Made by a program: the position numbers and the translations under genes
NCBI GenBank assembly: GCA_020137815.1
Contig: CM035356.1
Location: forward strand, 3,038,001 to 3,102,000
Direction of reading: 5' to 3'
DNA from: Hormiphora californensis
Lineage: Eukaryota; Animalia; Ctenophora
Length of the DNA: 64,000 nucleotides
The notes under the pieces: model-generated
Database searches by the model: none
What the model saw: only the letters and a program-made list of their open reading frames with translations
Told to the model about the DNA's origin: nothing
In this document: positions 55,739-64,000 of the stretch, piece by piece
How the letters are laid out: every line of letters starts with the position of its first letter
Position numbering within the stretch: the first letter of the stretch is position 1

Positions 55739-56476
55739 AATCGGACTCAACTAAAACTCGTCTTACAGAGTGGGAGAGTGTTGTTCACGGCAATGAGATT
55801 GGACCTCTCAGTGATAATTTCCCGATTGAGGTCGAGGCAGATTCTAATGGAAAAGTGTCAATTTATCTTTACCGACACGAAGTGGCCATTTTAAACAATA
55901 AGTACAGCATATATGCATGTACATACTATAGTTACACGTTTAAGAGTTTCTCGGCCACCCTTCCCACCGGAGCTCGGCTGTGGCGGTTTACTAAAAGCGG
56001 AGAAAAGATCACTGTCCATTGCAATGGAACAGATGTTTTGGAGTATGTTTTCACTGACAGTGCCTACAATCCCGGGTGTGAGAATACATGGCAGGGAGAG
56101 AGGGAGGACAGCAACTTTTACTTTGCAACAATTGACACGGCATCGAATCGTTTCCGAGGTTAGTACTTCCGAGGAATAGACTTTTAACGCATAATAACAT
56201 AACTAACACTTTAGCTCTTATATCCCATTAGGTGAATATTTCATATTTTAGGGACATTTTCATAAATAGCTAACAATAATTTGATTTCAGTTGTTGCGTG
56301 CCCAGTTCCGACTCTTTCCGAGGATAAAACCATGGCAAACACGTCAGAGGTACTCTTCCCGATCGGATCAGTGTTAGAAGTCACGTGCAGATCAGGGTGG
56401 ACCGGTGGATCTCAGAACATGACGTGTACAGACACCAGGCAGTGGTCGAAAACTGTTCCATGTGTGAAACTACCGG
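55739..56476 (+). CDS. Exons encoding a ctenophore-type beta-rich domain plus a CCP/sushi-like module; probably the 3' part of the 44827 gene
   Basis: Exon ~55739-56158: WRFTKSGEKITVHCNGTDVLEYVF...C...W...DTASNRFR. Exon ~56291-56476: CPVP...VLEVTCRSGW...MTCTDTRQWSKTVPC. Phase 1 is compatible with the 45565 donor. Confidence 0.7.
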
Positions 56477-56804
56477 GTATAGGTATGTCCTAAATACAGC
56501 TGTATTATTTCGTTGGGTATAGGTATGTATGTCGATCTTCAGGTCTTACTTTTCTAAAATTACTAGGGCATGAAGCTTGGGCTCTTTGATTTGCAATGTT
56601 GTTGATTAGAACTTTGGATTTATATGGTACATTACTCAAGTACCATCTCAACTCAATCATCTAATTAAGATATCAATAAGTGAGCTCCTGGTAGCTTGCC
56701 CGAGGAGTTTTCGGGGAAAAAAAAGATATCATTTGGGTAAACAAAATATCTCAAATATAAACATGGTTGAAGTGCTCCTTCATAAACACAAACAGTATGA
56801 TCAG

Positions 56805-57135
56805 TTAGTTATTGACAAGGAAGGTCAGTGCAGCCTTCACATCACCTCGGTGATCCCTTCAAACACCTCTCTGCAATTAGCAGGAGATACCATCATATGT
56901 GCGACTATCATATCAATAGTCATCCTTATTCAAGCTTCACTTTCACCCCCGCTTCATCTTTTGGTTTTCCAACTGCCAGGGCAGAAGTGTCGATAAAGCC
57001 AATATCGACCTCCTCCGATCGAAAATCCTTGATAACTTCCAAATCACTAGCACCGGCGTCGTGTTGCCTTGGTTTGGGTTGTTTCACCTTGGCGTCCCCC
57101 TCCTCATCACTTGCGTGGTGGTCTTGTTGGGCCAT
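56805..57135 (-). CDS. HYPK: Huntingtin-interacting protein K homologue with about 4 single-base insertions
   Basis: KPRQHDAGASDLE matches HYPK KPRKHDSGAADLE. Removing four extra bases gives the UBA-like tail VKLNKDDIDMIVAHMMVSPAIAERCLRDHRGDVKAALTFLVNN. Confidence 0.8.
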
Positions 57136-57445
57136 ACGTGGGGGGCTAGAGAGGTACATAATTGGTATGTTAATTAGGGCAAGATATTGGTCCAGTTGTC
57201 ACAAATATTTGTTATGTTCTAACCCTCCTTTACATTTACACTGGGAGAGAGAGGGGAGGAGGTCGAACAAGGCAAACAAATAGTGTACTGAAAATTAAAT
57301 AGTTATTGTATTTGGTATCAAAGGAGCAGCTGATGTTGTATCGATTCATAAAAGCTCACACATATAATTCTGAAATATATTACAAGTCAAAAGTTTAATA
57401 AAAACAAATATATATCTTCTAAAAAAGGACCCCGGATGGATACAT

Positions 57446-59756
57446 TTAGCTTTGTTTGTCCAAGTCCCGTAAACATATTTCAGCGTGATTGCGAAGGTTG
57501 TGAAGGTGGTCGAGGGAGGCGGTAAAGAACTTTCTCATTGTGTTGATTTCCAGAATTGTTATGTTGCTAATCTGAAACACACAGGTAAGTAGTTGATTAG
57601 TTCAACTAGATCAACTTTTGTTATATTATATCCCTCCTTTACATTTGTAAAAGAGGTTTCCCGGGCGGGCGCCGGAAACAGGGTCGAGCAAGGCAAAGCT
57701 AGGCAAAGCAAAGCGACTCTTAAACAGGTTACAGCCTAATACAGAAATCAAAACGTTACCTCAACATGCGCAAGGAGTTGTCCATCACCGGCGTCATGAT
57801 TGATCATCTTGTTTACACTTTTCCGTAACTTGGCCGCTCGGATATCCCAAATATCCTTCACCAGCGTTCGGACCTCATCGGCGTTCTGAATATCTCGTGA
57901 ATTCCTGTGATAATGCCGTTTGACGTTTGTCTGTGATATACGCTCAGTAATATCGATTAGGATCATGAAATTAATGAATCAACTGTTAAAATCAGCAGAT
58001 CAATTTTATTTAAATTTACAAAATAATGTCTTACCCCAAAATAATATTACTAGTCTCCGGCAACTTACCCCAAAATAATATTACTAATCTCCATGTAATG
58101 GGGGTGTAGCGGTTTTGTGAAAAGGTTACTCTCAATTTCCTCCGCTTTCTTGTCTTTCAGTTTATCTAAACAGAGGGGGGTTATTGTAATCATCAATTGT
58201 CTCCAGTAGAGCAACAAGGGCTCTGGTATTCTGTACTAGCTAGAAACATAAAGATACATGGCTGTGACACCTACCGACATCCAACCAATCGGGCGTGATA
58301 ATGCGGCATTTCTGGCGTTGTCTCAGGTTTATTGCCAGCCACAAGGGTACATCAACTGGAACCTGCGGCTGGAAGGGCCCGACGTCACCCTGAGAAATAA
58401 TGTGGCTGTTGAATTACAATCATACTATTATTAAAGCAAATAGGGAAATGATGGGTGATGGTTTTTTTACCAAATATGGCACAAAAATTCCTGGAAATGG
58501 CCTTTTGCACGTGTTGTCCCTAGAGGGACACTGGCAACCTGCCAGCTTGAGCCTTAAACTGCACGTGCATCCTTGATTCATCTCTCTGCTGGTTGTGTGA
58601 TTGATCGTTTGCTCGATTTGATCTGTTCACCACGTTTCGTGAACATGACTACTCAACTTCAACACAATCGCCAGCGAGTTTGGAGGAGCCATATGTCCCA
58701 AACTGGCGCTGGCGCCTATAGACTACGTGATAGAATCCTACAAAAGAGGTGATTATTATTCAAAAAATGTTGTCAACACACGTAATAACAAAGTATCAAT
58801 GGCACTAATAAGAAATGGCAGTAATACGTGAAAGTATTTTGCAAATGTGCTCCTTCATAAAATACTTCGAAGTATTTTATGATCAGGACCTGGCAAAAGA
58901 GGACCCGTGGTTTTTCTGTCGAAAGAATCGCTGTGGTTAATTTACCTGATAAATTTACTGATTTTAAAAATTTCAAATGATACTACACTATTTGCTTAGT
59001 TTACTGCATATGACCATTGCATTGACCATCCCCGACATTCGCCCGTAGGGCGAGCGGGCTTACTAGTACAACGAATTAAAGGTTGACAAGATACCTAAAA
59101 CTTTTCGTATATCGTCTTATTTTGATTTATTATTAATTTTCAGCATTTTTTCAGAATTTTTTGTCGGCTAGAAAAAAAAATCGAAATAGGGGGTCTACCG
59201 ATATTGTCAGCACTGGTTTCACTGGGCACACTCACTGCGTCTCGCAAATTGAAATTCACGTTTCCGGTTCCTCAAAAGATAGCTACTTGATCTTGGTTGC
59301 GTTGGATTGGTCTCAATAAGACCTTTCTAACGCTACCAAAACGGTTTCTGTATCTCATCAGGAACCGGAGATATTCCAGTATCAATTTTAAAAAGGGAAC
59401 ACTCATTTATCAGTAGACCCCCTTTTTTGCACATATTTCTAGCCGACCAAAAATTCTGAAAAAATGCTGTAAATTAATGATAAATCAAAATAAGACGATA
59501 TTCTGAATAATGAGTTCAGAGCAAGAATTAAAATAAGACGATATACGAAAAGTTTTAGGTATCTTGTCAACCTTTAAAGGTCTACCATTGCTTGAGATAA
59601 AGAAGTTTTAATTGAATCAGTGCGCTAGCAAGCGCAAAGGTGACCATTACTACATTTGCTACTCACGCTAATAAGGTACAGTTTATCTTCTGTAAAGTTG
59701 GGTAAGATGGAAACCGGCTCCTTCTCTGCAATGAATTCTACTTGAGAGGGTTCCAT
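57446..59756 (-). CDS. GINS2: GINS complex subunit Psf2 (5 exons)
   Basis: [18 protein letters not shown]|[34 protein letters not shown]|HYMEI|[20 protein letters not shown]|[11 protein letters not shown]. Confidence 0.93.
59080..59573. mobile_element. Kolobok-like MITE (TTAA TSD, AGG termini) in GINS2 intron 1
   Basis: TTAA|AGGTTGACAAGATACC...GGTATCTTGTCAACCT|TTAA with long imperfect arms. Confidence 0.75.
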
Positions 59757-59897
59757 GCTTCCTAAAATAAATACCCTACAGGTTGATACAAACAGCGACT
59801 CTCACTCACACATGACACACTGAAGAGAAACACCACTTTTTAAAACTTCCTAAAGCACACACTATAAAAAATTCCCAGGGGGTAAATAAATTAACTC

Positions 59898-62222
59898 TCA
59901 AGTGTAAAGCATCAATTCTTCCACTTTTTCCAAAAACCCTTTGCACTCTCCCAAAAACTCTCGAATCGCCTCCTTTTGCTCCGATTCATCAGTAACCTCT
60001 ACCAACTTGTGTCCTTTGGTAACTAAAATCTGGAGAATGGTTGACAGAGATTGTAGATGCCGCCCGTAGGTACCAGAATCCTTATCCTCCTTCGATACAC
60101 ATTTGAATATCATCTCTCCGTACTGACCACATTCCAAATAGTTGTCAACCGACTTTTCGATGGTCAGGGAACACGCATGATAACCCTTGATAAGATAATC
60201 AATTCCTAGACTGAGGTTTTCCCGTCCTGGAACTTCAATGTAGAGCGTTGCATAGCACTTCCAGAGGTGATGGGAGGTAGTCACTTTAGAGCTGGCAAAC
60301 TTGAACAACTCCAATACCCGGTCAAAGAATGTGATTCCTGGTTTCCCGTCGATAGAGGGCGTGTTGTTTACCACCGCAGATACCAGACAATTCAAGATTT
60401 TTGGATCCGCATACTTGTGGCCTAGGTTCAGTATCTGCTTGTAGGACACGATGACGGAGGCGAAGTGTTTGATTCTAGCTGCTGAGCAAATGTAATTCTC
60501 CCAGATTCTCCAGTTGTTGAAGGAGTGTCGAGTCGCCTCTTTGTAACAATTGTGTGCTTTCTCCAAATTACCCAACCTTTCGTGACATGCCCCCAAATTG
60601 CTCCAAGACTGCCCATTTTCATCATCAATGTTCACAGACGCTGTGAAGCACTTGGCCCCCGTGGCGTAGTCAGGTATGGCCATGGCGGTGCAGCCAGTGG
60701 TAAACCAGAGACCTCCCTGTAAGTGGTTACACTCCAGGGACTTCTGCATGCACTCCAGGGCCTTGGTGTAGTTCTTGGTGTTGAAGTAGTGGTATCCCAG
60801 TGATTTCATGGCACGTGCGGAGGTGAACTCAGATAATTCCCACGCTGTCTCGTAATGTGTGATGTCTTGGGTGGTATCCCCCAGAATACAATACCACTTG
60901 GGCGTTGCCTCCTTCGCTATCAAGCCCCGTGTCAGTTTCTCTGCTGCTTCATACCGTCCGATTCCAATAAGAGCCAACACCTGGTCCTCCCACATCTCCA
61001 ACTTCTCGAACAAGTCCAGGGCACTCTTGTGGGATCCGACACTGGTGTAAAGATCAGCCAACAACTTTTGTTGTATCCACATTGGCGGTAGGGAGGTCCG
61101 GAACAACCCACCCGTCCTAGAGCAGGTCTTCTTCGGGTCGAACCCCTGAACTATCTCCTCTAACTGCTCCATACTTCGACACAGCCGCCTAACAGAGGTC
61201 TTCTCAAGCTTACTACGGATAAAGAATGCGTGGGTAGCGATGCAATAGTTGAAGGTCCGACCTCCGATAATAGCATCTAGAAATGCAACCACCTCCTCCC
61301 TCAACATCTCCTCCAGGGCATTGTCCCTGAGCTTCAGCGCTGCTGTGTGAAGGAGGAATGGTGCGGTCAAGTTAGATGAAACAGTATTATCGGGGCTGGA
61401 GAAAGCCACCTTTTCCAACAGTGTATCGTCATTCATATCCATTGCTTCGGGTTCGTTTTCTAGAGGTCCCTGGTCCAAAACCGATTGGTCTACTATCATT
61501 TCAACCTTCAGTTGAGCCAATGACTTTTCCTGCCATTTCGTCCTCTTACCCATTGCACCAGTAAGTTTAAAACTAAAACCAACACAATCCATTGCTTTTC
61601 GGATAACATTCCTCGACTGTGAAAACTGCTCAAAAGTTAGCAAACCAAAGGAAACCTCGGTCAATACCTGGGCCTGGAGTTCTTTACCGAGAGACTGAAA
61701 CTCCTCGGCACCCTCGATTGCTTCGACACACTTGTTCAGTTCCTCGAACAGTTTAGGACACAGCTCATCGAGAAGGTTCTGATGCACCACCACACATCTC
61801 AACCGAAAGAGATTGACAATTAGGCAGCTCTCCATATCCCGGAACGACTGCTTAGCAAAGATGAACAGTGCCAGACACTTAACCAGGGGGTACATGGCAT
61901 TATTCTTGGTACTCAGTTCTCGGCACAGTTCCCTGTCCGTGGCAGCGTCTAAAAGTTCGGGTGACAGCATGGGACCTGTGAAGTTGTTCTGAAGGAAGAC
62001 ATTGAAGGCAGATGCAGCGCACACCAATCTGTCCTCCGGTTTATCCAGTTTCTTGTAAGTGCTCTCCAAAGATCTCACTACTCCATTATCTCCCCCACCA
62101 CACATTTCACGGAGTATTGCCCAGTAGTCACCTTCAGCGATTTCATTCTGGAAGGAGTTGTCGGATAACTCATAGAGCGTTACTGAAGTGACAGGTGTCA
62201 TCATCGGTCCACCTCCCAGCAT
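59898..62222 (-). CDS. TTC27: Tetratricopeptide repeat protein 27 (Emw1-like), intronless, 774 aa
   Basis: FLQNNFTGP, LTGAMGKRTKWQ, DDTLLE, YETAWELS..SARA and NNWRIWENY, plus TPR repeats. Confidence 0.9.
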   Translation of the reverse strand: MLGGGPMMTPVTSVTLYELSDNSFQNEIAEGDYWAILREMCGGGDNGVVRSLESTYKKLDKPEDRLVCAASAFNVFLQNNFTGPMLSPELLDAATDRELCRELSTKNNAMYPLVKCLALFIFAKQSFRDMESCLIVNLFRLRCVVVHQNLLDELCPKLFEELNKCVEAIEGAEEFQSLGKELQAQVLTEVSFGLLTFEQFSQSRNVIRKAMDCVGFSFKLTGAMGKRTKWQEKSLAQLKVEMIVDQSVLDQGPLENEPEAMDMNDDTLLEKVAFSSPDNTVSSNLTAPFLLHTAALKLRDNALEEMLREEVVAFLDAIIGGRTFNYCIATHAFFIRSKLEKTSVRRLCRSMEQLEEIVQGFDPKKTCSRTGGLFRTSLPPMWIQQKLLADLYTSVGSHKSALDLFEKLEMWEDQVLALIGIGRYEAAEKLTRGLIAKEATPKWYCILGDTTQDITHYETAWELSEFTSARAMKSLGYHYFNTKNYTKALECMQKSLECNHLQGGLWFTTGCTAMAIPDYATGAKCFTASVNIDDENGQSWSNLGACHERLGNLEKAHNCYKEATRHSFNNWRIWENYICSAARIKHFASVIVSYKQILNLGHKYADPKILNCLVSAVVNNTPSIDGKPGITFFDRVLELFKFASSKVTTSHHLWKCYATLYIEVPGRENLSLGIDYLIKGYHACSLTIEKSVDNYLECGQYGEMIFKCVSKEDKDSGTYGRHLQSLSTILQILVTKGHKLVEVTDESEQKEAIREFLGECKGFLEKVEELMLYT

Positions 62223-62251
62223 CCTACTGACCCTATAAAATAATTTCGTTA

Positions 62252-62351
62252 TTGATCCATTACCAAATTTTACTACGCTTTATTTTGATCCATTACCAAA
62301 TTTTACTACGCTTTATTTTGATCCATTACCAAATTTTACTACGTTTTATTT
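62252..62351. repeat. 33-bp tandem repeat x3 in the divergent intergenic region
   Basis: TTGATCCATTACCAAATTTTACTACGCTTTATT repeated. Confidence 0.9.
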
Positions 62352-62493
62352 GCCAGCGAAAGAGTTGCTACATCTCTAACACTGCACAATATCTAGAGTA
62401 ATTGTTTGTTTAAAACTTTCACGTCTCTCTTAGCATCTTTGTTTCGTCCTGAATCGACCGAGACGACCCTCCCTAAAGACCTCAGTTGGCACG

Positions 62494-63834
62494 ATGAAGG
62501 AAACTAAGGTGTCGAGAAGCACCAATGCAACATCGAGCAAGTTAAGTGAGGTACAACTGTGGAATGAGCAGCGCCGAGGGGACGATGAGAAAAGTCTGTC
62601 TACTAATGCTGAGTTCAGGTTAGTGCGTGAGTAGAGCCTCGTTATCCCGATATATTATTGGTTTAGTGTTTAGAGAGCCGTTAAATAGCTTCAAAATCAA
62701 CATGGTCCAACATTCCCAGACTATCCTACATGCCTGACTACTTTGGAGGAATGATGTCTGAAAGAGAGAAGGACTATGACTGGAATATGTTCATGGGACG
62801 TCCCATGTCTGAGCAACACAAGTTCATTACAAAAATCAAGATGTTTGTTCAAAATCGGTAGGTGAAGCTCACACGTAGATGAAATAGAAACAAAATGTTG
62901 ATGGATTTTAAATTTATTGATAGAACAACCTTTATGTTTGTTTGACCGTCGTTAACGGCTAAATATCAGCCCCCACAGGTTCGATATAGTGATAGTAGGT
63001 AAGAGCACTGAAAAGACGATACAGCTAGGCAACATGACATTCAAATGCTTCCTGGACCCGACCGGAGCAGAGATAAAGGAGGAATTCGGGGACTCAGTTA
63101 ACCAGAAATCAGATTCAAGCGATGACGGGCAATGGAGTAGAGTGATAAGAGAGATTATGTCCATCAAGGAGGATAAGCTGAGGTATAGTCAGATAAAGGT
63201 GATGAACGTGTACGGTTTGGGGCTCAGGTTGCATGTCACATCCCGGACCGATAACGGTGAGGCGATAGCCGCCAACATCGCTCAAAACCAGATCCGAACC
63301 ATGGCCAACTACCTGAAATTTAAGAAGAACTACAAGTCAGGCTTTGGTATGAACTCATTTTGGATCATGCTCGAGTTGTCTGGAGAGGGTCAGTTATCTG
63401 ATACTACTTGCTGTTTCCTGGACCTGGTCGCAAAGTTATTCGGTCAGCCCATCCTTACCTCTACAATCTTCCTCCTGGAGAGGGGAGATCAGGGAGATAG
63501 GAAGGAGTTAAAGGCGGCCGTTATCAAACAAATAGCTCAGAGAATGAATTGTATTGATGCGTGTGTGACTGTTCTGGTGATTAAACCCCTCACTAGGTTT
63601 GCCGTCAAACAGGGACCTACGGAGACCAACCAAGAGACGGCAGTGGCGTCCATCATCAAAATACTGAACATGGTAGCTCGACAGACCTATATTGATCCCA
63701 ACCCCTTTGAGCCGGATGGTATGGAGTTTCATGACGCTGTGGCAGCTGTGGATGTGATTAAGAATCGGTATCTGCTGAAAGATCACGAGTGGAACATGGT
63801 TATCAATCATGTGTATGCGATGGTACCCAATTAG
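62494..63834 (+). CDS. 3-exon protein with a degenerate AIG1/GIMAP/Toc-like GTPase fold
   Basis: Phase-compatible exons ~62494-62618, ~62721-62857, ~62979-63834. FDIVIVGKS and LFGQPILTSTIFLLERGD resemble AIG1-family segments. Confidence 0.55.
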
Positions 63835-64000
63835 AGTTAGACCATGGAGCAATAAAAGAGGGAATGTGCCGTTCAGAACTACGAAGAACAGCAGACCGCA
63901 GCTGGGTCCAGAAATTTACTTACATGCCCTTGGGACACTAAACTGTTTATGTAAACTATATATCTGTTACGCTGAGACCTGAGTATTCTATAACATAATA

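Overview
Eukaryotic (animal) genomic DNA with GT-AG introns, abundant (AG)n microsatellites and a very high load of non-autonomous DNA transposons. It is probably from a ctenophore. This rests on my recollection that the 26603-26711 MITE (QEPTETSKQPIRTRYLGHVTGYQPIRDQYFLIRSVP) occurs in Pleurobrachia gene models and that the 55739 exon encodes a ctenophore-type domain; neither was checked by search. Genes reconstructed by hand: a secreted SRCR-like/VWC-like/7xShKT protein, an unrecognised 6-exon secreted Cys-rich precursor, a class C GPCR with a ~3.65 kb internal duplication, a divergent intron-containing H2A, a PCLAF/PAF15 homologue with a CDK-site repeat tail, two tandem small 8-Cys secreted proteins, an F-type-lectin/CCP protein, HYPK (frameshifted), GINS2, TTC27 and a degenerate AIG1-like protein. 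The most notable non-coding feature is an 875-bp element (50670-51544). It has perfect CACAGTG termini, a 5-bp TSD confirmed by an empty-site copy in the same window, and asymmetric ends of heptamer-12 bp-ACAAAG and heptamer-22 bp-ACAAAA, i.e. V(D)J RSS 12/23-like architecture. Four 1.0-1.3 kb near-perfect palindromes are also present. Several genes have splice acceptors just before the ATG and are closely packed on one strand, which suggests SL trans-splicing or operons. Scattered indels suggest that parts of the assembly are imperfectly polished.
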